Source: Mobula hypostoma | Lineage: Eukaryota | NCBI RefSeq assembly: GCF_963921235.1 | Contig: NC_086101.1 | Coordinates: forward strand, 7,380,001-7,444,000 | Direction of reading: 5' to 3' | DNA: 64,000 nucleotides | Part shown: positions 1-12,019 of the stretch, piece after piece | Layout: every line of letters starts with the position of its first letter | Numbering within the stretch: the stretch's first letter is position 1 | Program-made: the position numbers and the translations under genes | The notes under the pieces: model-generated | Told to the model about the DNA's origin: nothing | What the model saw: only the letters and a program-made list of their open reading frames with translations | Databases searched by the model: none

Positions 1-330
1 GAACCTCCTCCAGCGATGTTACATATCCAGATGACATTCAAATGTTGCTAACGTGCCCGGCTCAACCACTGTTTCTGGCAGCTCATTCCAAATATGCACC
101 GCCTTTTGTGTGAAGGAGCAGCTCCTGATCTCCCTTTAATGTCTCACCTCTGTTCTTAACCCTATTGCCTCCTGTGTTTAGTAACCAGTCGCTGGGAAAA
201 AGACTATGTGCTTTTTCCCTGTTTATTATATACGTCTACGAGGTCAGGCTGCAATCTCCTCCCTCCCAGGAATTCCAGGGTCTATGCAACCTCTCCTTGT
301 AATTCAGGCCCTCAAGTCATGGCAGTCCCG
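1..330 (-). mobile_element. Degenerate CR1-type LINE 3' remnant
   Basis: Decayed similarity to the CR1 3' ends elsewhere in the window (ctggcagctcattcca..., gggaaaagact). Confidence 0.5.
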
Positions 331-1120
331 TTAAGTTCTTCTAAAAATTCAGAAGATTCAAAGGTTCACCAAGTACAGTTATGATCAAAGTATGTGTGAA
401 GTAAACAACCCTGTGACTTGTCTTCCCGCTGACAGCCACAAAACAAAGAAATACCATGGAATCTGTTCAAAGAAAATATCAAACATCCGACACACAAAAT
501 AAAAGAACAAATTGGGCACGACGCTGGAGGACCTCAGCAGGTCGGACAGTGTCTATGGACAGTCAATGTTTTGGGCCTAGGCTCTTCATCAGGACCCCGT
601 ATAATGTTCATAAAGGTCAGATCAGGCTGGTGGTGCTGGTGTCCGCTGATGTCAGGATACCTGTGCAGGAAAGTTTTTAAAGTTGCACTGGGGTATTTCC
701 ACTTTCCTGACCTCAGGATTCTCGGTCCAGTGGCATGAACAAGCGTCGCAAACAGGGGTCGCTCTTGGTTGCAGTGGGTGACCATGACATGTCCTGTGCT
801 CTTCGCTCTCCCTGAAGTGCTGCAGTACGCCTTCCTGGCCTTTGGATCCCACTGTTGATCTCACCCGCCCAGTCCACTGGAGCAGACTTCGCATGCTGGG
901 ACCTCAGCCCACTGGCTACCCTCCCCCGGTGTAGCCCGCCTGTCAAAGCGGTGTACCGGGGTGCTGTTACTGTCACATGAAAACAGCTAATTGGAGACAC
1001 AGATAAGAGTTGCCCCAGAATGGACATGACAAGCCCCTCACCACAGGTGCTACCCCTCAGTAACACCCCATTCATCCTGTATTGGGGTAGAACAGCTACA
1101 CAGAATCTGCGGAGCAAGTA

Positions 1121-1702
1121 AACATAGAACATAGATGTCCTTTAGAACATAGAATAGTACAGCACATTACAGGCCCTTCGGCCCACAATGTTGTGCCAAC
1201 CCTCAAACTCTGCCTCCCATATAAGCCCCCACCTTAAATTCCTCCATATACCTGTCCAGTAGTCTCTTAAATTTCACGAGTGTATCTGCCTCCACCACTG
1301 ACTCAGGCAGTGCATTCCACGCACCAACCACTCTCTGAGTAAAAAACCTTCCTCTAATATCCCCCTCGAACTTCCCACCCCTTACCTTAAAGCCATGTCC
1401 TTTTGTATTGAGCAGTGGTGCCCTGGGGAAGAGGCACTGGCTGTCCACTCTATCTATTCCTCTTAATATCTTGTACACCTCTATCATGTCTCCTCTCATC
1501 CTCCTTCTCTCCAAAGAGCAAAGCCCTAGCTCCCTTAATCTCTAATCATAATGCATACTTTCTAAACCAGGCAGCATCCTGGTAAATCTCCTCTGTACCC
1601 TTTCCAATGCTTCCACATCCTTCCTATAGTGAGGTGACCAGAACTGGACACAGTACTCCAAGTGTGGCCTAACCAGAGTTTTATAGAGCTGCATCACTTT
1701 CC
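1121..1702 (-). mobile_element. CR1 LINE 3' fragment with (TTCTATG)n-type tail
   Basis: ORFs 1542-1790 (LYKTLVRPHLEYCVQFWSP) and 1203-1514 (RGDMIEVYKI...FFTQRVV..WN.LP) are the CR1 ORF2 C-terminus. Confidence 0.9.
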
Positions 1703-1736
1703 CATAGCCTTGGACAGGGATTTGAGCAGCCAATGT

Positions 1737-2096
1737 ACATAGAACATCGAACATAGAACAGTACAGCACAGTACAGGCCCTTCGGCCCACAATGTTGTGC
1801 CGACCCTCAAACCCTGCCTCCCATACAAGCCCCCACCTTAGATTCCTCCATATACCTGTCTAGTGGTCTCTTAAACTTCACTAGTGTATCTATCTCCACC
1901 ACTGACTCAGGCAGTGCATTCCACACATCAACCACTCTCTGAGTAAAAAACCTTCCTCTGATATCCCCCTTGAATTTCCCACCCCTTATCTTAAAGCCAT
2001 GTCCTCTTGTATTGAGCAGTGGTGCCCTGGGGAAGAGGCGCTGGCTATCCACTCTATCTATTCCTCTTAATATCTTGTACACCTCTATCATGTCTC
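1737..2096 (-). mobile_element. Second, near-identical CR1 3' fragment
   Basis: ORF 1807-2091 is almost identical to 1203-1514, with the same 3' UTR and tail. Confidence 0.9.
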
Positions 2097-2390
2097 ATGA
2101 TGATAACAAGGTAGAAGATAAGGTAGAACATCAATAAGGTGGAAGATCAAAACAAGGCAGATTATGAGATCAAGATCCCATCTTATTGTGCTAGGGAACC
2201 ATTCAGTAGTCTTATAACTGTGGGATAGAAGTTGTCCTTGTGACCGTTGGTATTTGCTTTCAGGTGTTTGTACCAGGGAATCAGAGGTGCCAATGCCCGC
2301 AGCTATAAATTCCTCAGTATTCTCAGTTCAGAGGATCTGCCCTGAGGCCAGCATGTAAGTCTCATTACCGAGAAAGTTCATCAGTGTCTC

Positions 2391-3454
2391 AGCATTTTGA
2401 GAGACATAATCTAATTCGGGATGGTCTGCATGGCTTTGTCGAGGGCAGGTCGTGCCTTATGGGCCTGATGTAACAAAACACATCGATGAAGATAGAGCAG
2501 TGGATGTAGTGTATATGGATTTCAGTAAGGCATTTGATAAGGTTCCCCATGCAAGGCTCATTCAGAAAGTAATGAGGCATGGGATCCAAGGAGAACTTGC
2601 TTTGTGGATCCAGAATTGGCTTGACCACGGAAGGCAAAAGGTGGTTGTAGACGGTTCATATTCTGCATGGAGGTCGGCGACCAGCAATGTTCCACAGGGA
2701 TATGTTCTGGGACCCCTCCTCTTTGTGATTTTTATAAATGATCTGGATGAAGAAGTAGAAGGGTGGATTAGTAAGTTTGCTGAAGATGCAGAAGTTGGTG
2801 ATGTTGTGGATAGTCTGGAGGTTCGTCAAAGTTTACAGTACAACATTGATAGGATGCAGGACTGGGCTGAGAAGTGGCAGATGGAATTCAACTAAATAAG
2901 TGTGAAGCGATTCATTTTGGAAGGTCAAATTTGAAGACAGAACATAGTATTAATGGTAAGTCTTTTGTCAGTGTGGAAGATCAGAGAGACCGTGTCCATA
3001 GGACACTCAAAGCTGCTGGGCAGGTTGACAGTGTTGTTAAGAAGGCGTATGGTGTGTTGGCCTTCATCAACTGTGGGATTGAGTTCAAGAACCGTGAGGT
3101 AATGTTACAGCTGTATAAAACCTTGGTCAGATCCCACTCGGAGTACTGTGGTCAGTTCTAGTCACCTTACTACAGGAAGGATGTGGATACTATAGAGAGA
3201 GTGCAGAAGGTATTTACAAGGATATTGCCTGGATTAGAGAGCGTACCTTAGGAGAATAGTTTGAATGAACTTACCCTTTCTTCCTTGGAGTGATGGAGAC
3301 TCTTATATAGGTAAATGGAGCTTAGAAAAATAGAGGGCTATGTGGTAGGGCAATTCTAAGCAGTTTCTTGAAATAGTTTCATGGTCAGTTCAACATTGTG
3401 TGCTGAAGGGCCTGTAATGTGCTGTAGATTTCTATGTTCTATGTTCTATGTTCC
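2391..3454 (+). mobile_element. CR1 LINE RT and 3' end, inserted into a Rex1/Babar-like element
   Basis: VYMDFSKAFDKVPH...PQG.VLGP..F.IFINDL..SKFA RT motifs; (ttctatg)n tail at about 3430-3454. Confidence 0.9.
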
Positions 3455-3928
3455 ATGCCTCCACCTAGAAGTTTGCAAAGATTTAGCATGACATTTAGAT
3501 CTTTGACAGGCTTCTAAAGATGTGCGGTGCAGAGAGTATCGACTGGCTGTGTCATGGTCTGCTACAGAAATTCCAATGCCCTCAAATGGAAAATCCTACA
3601 AAAGGAAATGGATAGGACTCTGTCCATCTCGGGCAAAGCCCTCCCCACCATTGAGCACACCTACATGGAGCATTGTCGCAGGAAAGCAGATCCAACGTCA
3701 AGGACCCCAGCATCCAGGCCATGCTCTCTTCTTGCTGCTACCATCAGGAAGAAGGTACGGGAGCCTTAGTGCCCATACCACCAGGTTCAGGAACAGTTAT
3801 TACCCCTCAACCATTGGCTCTTGACCCAGAGGGGATAACTTCCCTTGCCCCATCACTGAACTGTTCCCACAACTTATGGACTCCCTTGCAAGGACTCTTC
3901 ATCTCCTGTTCTCGATATGTATTGCTTG

Positions 3929-3962
<34 letters not shown>

Positions 3963-4137
3963 TCTCTTCTTTGGATTTACACAGTTTGTTGTCCATCCTG
4001 CTGGGAGCAGTCTTCAACTGATTCTATTATGATTCTTCGATTCACTGAGTTCACCCATATGAAAATGAACCTCAGGGTCGTATATGGTGACATATATGTA
4101 CTTCGATAATAAATTTACTTCGAACTCTGAACTTCTG
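3455..4137 (+). mobile_element. Rex1/Babar-like LINE 3' portion
   Basis: HPGHALF.LLPSGRRY.SL...TTRF.NS.YP motif; 3' UTR ending aataaatttactt plus gaact-type tail; (TAT)n at about 3930-3962. Confidence 0.75.
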
Positions 4138-5417
4138 ACAGGTAAAAGGTAGGGGGATGGGGTGGGGGTGGGGGGGGGGGGAGAAGAGAGAATTCCTGTG
4201 GTGTGTGGGGTCTTTGGTTATGCTGGTTATTTTACTGAGGGAGTGAGAAATATAGACATAATCCGTGACTGATTTCTGTGATGTTCTGAGCTCTGCCCAC
4301 AACTCTCTGCAGCTTCCTGCAGTCACGGGCAGCGCAGTTGTCATACCAAGCTGTTATTTATTTCAGTTCATGGTGCAGACAATGTCAGAAGGCTGGCAGA
4401 AATTAAAAATAATGCACTCTGCAGATGATGCTGTGGAGAGCAACCAACCGTGAAAGTGAAAGGACTTGTTATATGTTTCATTCTGATCCACTCGTTGCCA
4501 TAGATGCCAGCGTCTGACTGTTAACATGGTCACATATCTGGAAGGGTTAATGTTGTCTCCTGACAACAAGCCAGAAAGAGCAAATAGAATTTAATGCATG
4601 GGTGGGTTGTTAACATCAGGCACTTGCTAAAGAAGCATTTATGATTATTGTGACATAGATTTTAAAATGGTTTGAATTTAAAAATTCCTTTGCTTGTTTG
4701 GAGTAATGTTTAACGGAATTCATCAGTCTGGCACTGTATTCACATTCCCAGCCTGTCCCTCGAGCCATCTGCCACCCTCACAGTTCATTGAGGGTTCTGT
4801 ACTCCATGAATCTTGCGTTCGTACATGGTCTGGTGCGTCATCATCGCTCAGCAGGAAGCCTACTCATCAGATGATTAGACTCTCCACTCTGGAGTGCTAA
4901 TCTTAAACCTCGCCATCCATCTCTATCTGTATTCCTGCTTTCAAAGTGTGGCTTCATCGTCGGTCTAATGCCCTAATCTTCCCCTCGGTTTGTGACTCAG
5001 CGTCAGTCATTTTCACTGGGTAACAGTTTCAAAGTCCAGTGAAGAGGATGATTGACAAAGCACATCCACAGTCCAGTCCTCTGCTCCGCATTTAAAGTCC
5101 GGTGATATTGGCATGCGATGAAGCAATTCCACAGCCTAGTCTTCACTCTGCACTGGAACTTCAGTGACATAGACGGGTGATGAAGAACATCTGCATTTGC
5201 TCTGTGCTCGAAGGCCTTGAGAGCAGGAGGCACAAGGTCTGGTCAGTTGGTGCACCCGGTGTTCAATCCTGGACTTCGCCTGGAGTTTGCGGTCTCGTCA
5301 TCAGCTAGTCTGGAGGTCAATGCAAAAGACCAGAGCCCAAAGGTTGACAGAAGCTCAGAAGTCAAAGATTGATGGCCGAGCCAGGAGATGGAGTCTTGAG
5401 ACCTGTTCTCGGATTGG

Positions 5418-5421
<4 letters not shown>

Positions 5422-5457
<36 letters not shown>
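5422..5457. repeat. (GT)n microsatellite
   Basis: Direct reading. Confidence 0.95.
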
Positions 5458-5459
<2 letters not shown>

Positions 5460-5974
5460 GTGTCTGTCGAGCGTCGTGAGCATGCTGTGTTGGTGCCAGA
5501 ATGTGTCGCGACACTTGCGTGCTGCCCCCAGCATATTCACATGTTGTGTTGGTTGTTAACACAAACGATGCATTTCACTGTATGTTTCGATGTACATGTG
5601 ATTAATAAATAAATCTAAATCTGGATTTGAATTTGAATATTGATGTCATGGCAATGATATCCACCCTTAACTGTTCTTGAATTTCATACTTTTGAACATT
5701 GAACATAGAACAGTAGAACAGAGTGCTGACCCTTTAGCCCACAATGTTCTGCTAACCTGGTGGATGAATTGGTCATTGTAAACTACACTAGGATTGCATC
5801 AGTGGATTGCTGGCCAGCATAGTTTGAAGGGCTGGAAGGGCCTATTCCGTGTTGTGACTCAATAAATAAAATAAATACAAACCTTCCTCATGATTAATCT
5901 ATCCCTTCCCTCCTTTCTTTTATCTATGTGCGTATCTAAGCGTCTCTTCTATCTATTTATTTAATTGTTTACTT

Positions 5975-6252
5975 TTTACATACTGAGATACAACTTGGAA
6001 CGGGCCCTTCTGCCCTTCAAGCTGCACTGCCCAGCGACCCCCTGATTTAATCCTAGTCTAATCACAGGGTAATTTACAATTACCAATTCATCCACCAAAT
6101 GGTACGTCGTTGGAATGTGTGAGCACCCGGAGGAAATCCACGTGGCGATGGGGAGAACATACAAACTCCTTGCAGGCAGTGGTGTGAATTGAACCTGGGT
6201 GACAACAACTGTAAAGCGTTGTGCTAACCACTACACTACCGTGCTACCCGTG
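5975..6252 (-). mobile_element. tRNA-derived V-SINE (HE1-like)
   Basis: Minus strand: A-box tagtgtagtgg, B-box ggttcaattc, V-domain-like gtttgtatgttctcccc...tttcctccgggtgctc. Related copies at about 20620-20910(-), 34690-34835(-), 36530-36790(+) and 42990-43260(+). Confidence 0.7.
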
Positions 6253-6744
6253 ATACATTAAATACCCCTGCCATCTCCCATCCAGGCACTTACCACTCTG
6301 TCTGAAAGTCCTTCCTAAAGTTTACTCCGCTCACGGAAAGTGACGTCCTCTGGTGTTGCCATTGCCACTCTGGGAGAAAGGCGCTGGCTCTCCACTCTAC
6401 CTGTGGCGCTACGTCGACTTTTATCTTCCTTTTATCCAAAGAAAAAAGTCCGAGATCACTCAATCTTTCCACATAACACATGCTCACCAATAGGGTCATA
6501 GAAAAGTACAGCACAGGGACAGCATCCAGTCCTTGCTGAAACATTTAAACTACCTGCTCCCATCAACCTGCTTCGGAACCACAGCTCTCCATATCCCTAC
6601 CGTCCATGTGCCTATCCAAAGTCCTCTTAAACATTGAAATCAAGTTTGCATGCACCACTTGTGCTGGCAGCTCTTTCCACACTCTCATGACCCTCTGAGT
6701 GAAAAAGTTTCCCTTCATGTTCCCATTAAACTTTCATCCTTAAA

Positions 6745-8712
6745 CTAAAAGGCAACAATTATATCTGTGCCTAAGAAGAATAATGTGAGCTGCCTTAATG
6801 ACTATCACCCGGTAGCACTCATATCGACAGTGATGACATGCTTTGAAAGTTTGGTCATGACTAGATTGAACTTCTGCCTCAGCAAAGACCTGGACCTACT
6901 GTGATTTGCCTATCACCACAATAGGTCAACGGCAGATGTAACCTCAATGGCTCTTCACTTGGCCTTAGAATACCTGGACAATACAAACACCTATGTCAGG
7001 ATGCTGTACATCGACTATAGTTCAGTATTTAACACCATCATTCCCACAATCCTGATTGATAAGTTATAGAACTTGGGTCTCTGTACCTCCTTCTGCATTG
7101 GATCCTTGACTTCCAAACAGGAAGACCACAATCTGTGTGGATTGGTGATAACACATGTTCCTTGCTGACAATCAACACTGGTGCACCTTAGGGATGTGTG
7201 CTTAGCCCACTGCTCTACTCTCTATATACCCATGACTGTGTGCAGCTTAGCTTAAATACCATCTATAAATTTGCTGATGATACAACCATTGTTGGTGGAA
7301 TCTCAGATGGAGACAAGAGGGTGTACAGGAGCGAGATATGCCAACCAGTGGGGTGGCGTCAGAGCAACAACCTGACACTCAACGTCAGTAAGATGAAAGA
7401 GCTGATTGTGGACTTCAGGAAGGGTAAAACAAAGGAACACATACCAATCCTCATAGGGGGATCAGAAGATTTACAAGGATGTTTCCTGGAAGGAGATTTA
7501 CAAGGAAGTTGCCTGGATTGAGGAGCATGCCTTATGAGAATAGGTTGAGTGAATGACAGAGGATGAGAGGTGACCTGATAGAGGTGCATAAGATGATGAG
7601 AGGCATTGATCGCGTGGATAGTCAGAGGCTTTTTCCCAGGGCTGGAATGGCTAACACAAGAGGGCACAGTTTTATGGTGCTTGGAAGTAGGTACAGAGAA
7701 GATGTCAGGGGTAAGTTTTTTAACGCAGAGAGTGGTGAGTGCGTGGAATGGGGTGTTGGCGACAGTGGTGGAGGCGGATACGATAGGGTCTTTTAAGAGA
7801 CTCCTGGATATGTACATGGAGCTTAGAAAAATAGAGGGCTATGTGTAACCCTAGGTAATTTCTAAGGTAAGGACATGTTCGGCACAGCTTTGTAGACTGA
7901 AGGACCTGTACTATGCTGTAAGTTTTCTATGTTCTGTGTTCTCTAGAAGTGGAGAGAGTGAGCAGTTTCAAGTTCCTGGGTGTCAAGATCTCTGAGGACC
8001 TAATCTGGACCCAACATATTGATGCAGTTATAAAGAAGGCACTACTACTACTACGTTGACTCAGACCTAGGGGGCCGGCGTTGGGCACGAAGACGGACTC
8101 TCCACTTCTCCCTCTCCATCATCAGTGTGTTCAGTTCATCTACATTAAAGAAGGCAAGACAGCGACTATTAGGAGTTCGAAGAGATTTGTACTGCGGAGA
8201 ACATCCTGACAGGCTGCATCACTGTCTGGTGTGGGGGATGGGGTCTACTGTACAGGACTGAAAGAAGCTACAGAGGGTTGTAAATTTAGTCAGCTCCATC
8301 TTAGCTACTAGCCTACAAAGTACCCAGGACATCTTCAAGGAGCCGTATCTCAGAAAGGCAGCGTGCATTATTAAGGACCTCCAGCACCCAGTGCATGCCC
8401 TTTTCTCACTGTTACCATCACGTAGGAGGTAGACTGAAGACACACACTCAGTGATTTCAGGAACGGCTTGTTCCCCTCTGCCATCCAATTCCTAAATGGA
8501 CATTGAACTCATGAACACTAGCTCACTTTTTAAATATATATTATTCCTGTTTTTGCATGATTTTTAATCTATTCAATATACTTATACTGTAATTGATTTA
8601 TTTATTTATTATTATTTTTTCTTCTTCTGTTATGTATTGAACTGCTGCTGCTAAATTAACAAATTTCTTGACACATGCCATTGATAATAAACCTGATTCT
8701 GATTCTGATTCT
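6745..8712 (+). mobile_element. Rex1/Babar LINE RT fragment with nested CR1 3' end (about 7470-7944) and RTE-like tail (8042-8145)
   Basis: LSPLLYSLYTHDC...KFADDTT..G.I RT motif; ends in (ctgatt)n; the inner insert has 11-bp TSD taaagaaggca (8031-8041, 8146-8156). Confidence 0.85.
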
Positions 8713-9199
8713 AAATCAGCTGAGATTTTGTTTTTACAAATTTGCTATTCCTAACTTAATGAATTGAGATGAACATTAATTAATAAGTCTTGTTTCAGCA
8801 GAACTGGTCAACAGTTTAAGACAAAGTATGGAATCTTATTTTATCTTAATTTTATTTAGAGGTTCCATGCAGTAACTGGCCCTTCCAGCCTAACAAGCCA
8901 ATGCTGCACAATTACACATATGTGATCAATTAACCCACTAACTGATATGTCTTTGGAATAAGGGGGTGCCCTGAGACAACCCACACGGCCAAAGATTAGC
9001 TTGAGGAGATGCTCCCATTTCATCTCACCTTCTAAAGGTGGGTGGTCAGGATTAAGGTCAGTCAGTTATGAGCCCATGATGTCCTTTTGGAATTGTTGTG
9101 AATAAACTCCCGTTGCCATCTCTACATCAAAGTCTGCCTTTCCTCCACACCTGCCAGCACACAGTGTGAGACAGTAGACTTGATGGGTCAAACCATAAA

Positions 9200-9790
9200 C
9201 ACAAGAGATTCTGTAGATACTGGTGAGGCAGCATCTACGGAAAGGAATGAACAGTTGACGTTTCAGCCTGAGATCCTTCCTCAGTAGTGGAAAGGAAGGG
9301 GACAGAAATCAAAACAAGTAGGGGAGGGGAATGAGTCCAAGTTGGCAGCTGATAGCTGAAGCCAGGTGAGTGGGAAGGTAGGTAGATGGTGGGGGGGTGT
9401 GAGGTATAAAGTACAAAGCTGGGAGGTGATAGGTGGAAGAGATAAAGGGCTGAAGAAGAGGAATCCAATAAGAGAGAGTGGACTATGGGCGAAGGGGAAG
9501 ATTAGTTTCTCTTTTGACAAGTGATTAAATAAGGAGCATATTTAAATTGTAGAACCAATGGGTAGTTGAGGAGAAGGATTGAGAGGGGAAACCAGAATGG
9601 AGAATGGAATAAGACAGAAGGAAGGAAGGGGAGAAAGCACTAGAATTTAGAGAAATCGATGTTCATGCCATCGGGTTGGAGGCTACCCAGGTGGAATATG
9701 AGTTGTTGCTTCTCCACGGTGAGAGTGGCCTCATAGTGGCAGTAGAGGAGGTTATGGACGGACATGTTGGAATGGGATTAATGGCCTCTA
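9200..9790 (-). mobile_element. Decayed Penelope-like element remnant
   Basis: Similar to the 9858-11181 element (gttcatgccatc.ggttggaggctaccca); degenerate hammerhead motif at about 9252-9287. Confidence 0.65.
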
Positions 9791-9925
9791 TGTTTGTGCC
9801 ATAGGGAAAATGAAGATCAGGAATCAGAATTATTTGCCAGATCATTTACAGAAATTTCCTCAAGCAACACACATCAAAGTCGCTGGTGAACGCAGCAGGC
9901 CAGGCAGCATCTCTAGGAAGAGGTA

Positions 9926-9962
9926 CAGTCGACGTTTCAGGCTGAGACCCTTCGTCAGGACT
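9926..9962 (-). ncRNA. Minimal type I hammerhead ribozyme motif (PLE-associated)
   Basis: Minus strand AGUC-CUGACGA-A-GGGUCUCAGCCU-GAAAC-GUC-GACUG: intact core, stem II, loopless palindromic ACGU stem III, stem I AGUC/GACU. Confidence 0.75.
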
Positions 9963-11045
9963 AACTGAAGGAAGAGCTAGTAAGAGATTTGAAAGTGGGA
10001 GGGGGAGGGGGAGATCCAAAATGATAGGAGAAGACAGGAGGGGGAGGGATGGAGCCAAGGTGATTGGCAAAAGGGATATGAGAGGATCATGGGACAGGAG
10101 GCACTGGGAGAAGGAAAAGAGGGAGGGGGGAAAAACACAGAGGATGGGCAAAGGGTATAGTCAGAGGGACAGAGGGAGAAAAACAGAGAGAGAGAAAGAA
10201 TGTGTGTATATAAATAAATAACGGATGGGGTACGAGGGTGAGGTGGGACATTAGCGGAAGTTAGAGAAGTCAGTGTTCATGCCATCAGGTTGGAGGCTAC
10301 CCAGACGGAATATAAGGTGTTGTTCCTCCAACCTGAGTGTGGCTTCATCTTTACAGTAGAGGAGGCCATGGATGGGATGGGATGGGATGGGATCTGAGCC
10401 GACTCAGACAGTCCTTCCAGGTGAAGTGACACTTCACCTGTGAGTCGGCTGGGGTGATATACTGCATCCGGTGCTCCCGATGTGGCCTTCTATATATTGG
10501 TGAGACCCGATGCAGACTGGGAGACCGCTTTGCTGAACACCTACGCTCTGTCCGCCAGAGAAAGCAGGATCTCCCAGTGGCCACACATTTTAATTCCACA
10601 TCCCATTCCCATTCTGATATGTCTATCCATGGCCTCCTCTACTGTAAGGATGAAGCCACACTCAGGTTGGAGGAACAACACCTTATATTCCGTCTGGGTA
10701 GCCTCCAACCTGATGGCGTGAACATCAACTTCTCTAACTTCCACTAATGTTCCACCTCCCCCTCGTACCCCATCCGTTATTTATTTATATACACACATTC
10801 TTTCTCTCTCTCTGTTTTTCTCCCTCTGTCCCTCTGACTATACCCCTTGCCCATCCTCTGGGTTTTTCCCCCCTCCAGCTTTTCCTTCTCCCTGGGCCTC
10901 CTGTCCCATGATCCTCTCATATCCCTTTTGTCAATCACCTGTCCAGCTCTTGGCTCCATCCCTCCACCTCCTGTGTTCTCCTATCATTTTGGATCTCCCC
11001 CTCCCCCTCCCACTTTCAAATATCTTACTAGCTCTTCCTTCAGTT

Positions 11046-11082
11046 GGTCCTGACGAAGGGTCTCAGCCCGAAACGTCGACTG
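11046..11082 (+). ncRNA. Minimal type I hammerhead ribozyme motif (PLE-associated)
   Basis: GGUC-CUGACGA(11050-11056)-A-GGG UCUCAG CCC-GAAA(11070-11073)-C-GUC^GACUG; predicted cleavage after 11077. Confidence 0.78.
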
Positions 11083-11489
11083 TACCTCTTCCTAGAGATG
11101 CTACCTGGCCTGCTGCGTTCACCAGCAACTTTGATGTGTGTTGCTTGAATTTCCAGCATTGCAGAATTCCTCGTGTTTACGTACAGAAATTTGCTGTTTG
11201 CTTTGGCAGGACACGCAATGAAATGCAGCAACATTCTACAATTATTAATAAAAATTGAATAAATAATAAATAATATAGAATTAGAATGAATTTTTTAAAC
11301 GATCATGAAACCAAACCATCTGTCATCAAGAGCATTTGGCACTGGATCAGTTGTGAACTCTACATGTGAAAACTCGAGAATGGGGGCAAAAACGTCAGAT
11401 GAATTTGGATTATATGCCGTAACGTCTTTGTACATTGAAACAAGCAAAGGAAGGAGAAATGAAGAGATACCCTCCGTTTGTTCCAGTGG

Positions 11490-11700
11490 TCCTTTGCCCT
11501 ATGTCTCTCCGTACGCCTGGCATCTCTGCAAGGCAGCCAAAGGGTTAACCGAGACTCCGGCGACGGCAGAGCGGATGAGTCTGTGATTGACGTGGCGATG
11601 GAGCAATCAAAACGGCTACTCGCAAACGAGGGCGGGCTCTTGTGCTCTTAGCACCACTGAACGGCAAGCAGGCTTTGCAGGTCAGATTGAGTGTGCGACC
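11490..11700 (+). promoter_or_regulatory. Probable proximal promoter of the PRRT1-like gene
   Basis: Non-repetitive, locally CpG-richer stretch about 150-360 bp upstream of the ATG; TGACGTGG (CRE/UPRE-like) at 11588-11595 and GC box GGGCGGG at 11630-11636. Confidence 0.5.
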
Positions 11701-11852
11701 ATGTACAGTTTTTACTATTAGACGATATAGGCAGGCAGAGGGATTACTGCAATTTATTTTATCTGTTTATCAATCTTGCCCTCCTTTAATCTCAACAAAC
11801 GTGAGGCTTCTTCTGTATTTTTTTTTGAAAATCCCATTTTAACACAGCGACC

Positions 11853-11871
11853 ATGTCAACTGAAAAAACAG
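11853..11871 (+). CDS. prrt1: PRRT1/SynDIG4-like protein, coding exon 1 (MSTEKT-G, phase 1)
   Basis: gaccATG TCA ACT GAA AAA ACA G|gtaaat: good Kozak context (A at -3) and GT donor at 11872. It resembles the mammalian PRRT1 N-terminus (MSSEKSG, recalled), and phase 1 fits the acceptor at 30798. Confidence 0.85.
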
Positions 11872-12019
11872 GTAAATAGACGTTCCCTTCTGACTTTGAT
11901 GTTTGTCAGCCCAAAGAGATTCTGGATCAGATTACTGCTGAGTTGAGAGGGCTGGGAGAGTTCTGTTTGGATCTTTTAAAGGAACAGTCCCATGATGTGA
12001 CAAGTTCAGCCAAATGCGC

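Larger units (their letters stand above)
9858..11181 (+). mobile_element. Penelope-like element: GIY-YIG endonuclease 3' end with about 510-bp inverted pseudo-LTRs and 11-bp TSD
   Basis: ORF 10454-10747 (IYCIRCSRCGLLYIGETRCRLGDRFAEH...VATHFN...E..LIF.L....P.G.N) is a PLE-type GIY-YIG. 9860-10373 is the reverse complement of about 10625-11147. TSD tacagaaattt at 9847-9857 and 11182-11192. Confidence 0.88.

Noticed and set aside
600..1115. 139-aa and overlapping ORFs
   Set aside because: No recognisable domain or splice-consistent exon; probably a decayed retroelement 5' region.
11646..11668. RE1/NRSE-like cttagcaccactgaacggc
   Set aside because: Left half resembles TCAGCACC but the right half (GGACAG) is poorly matched.
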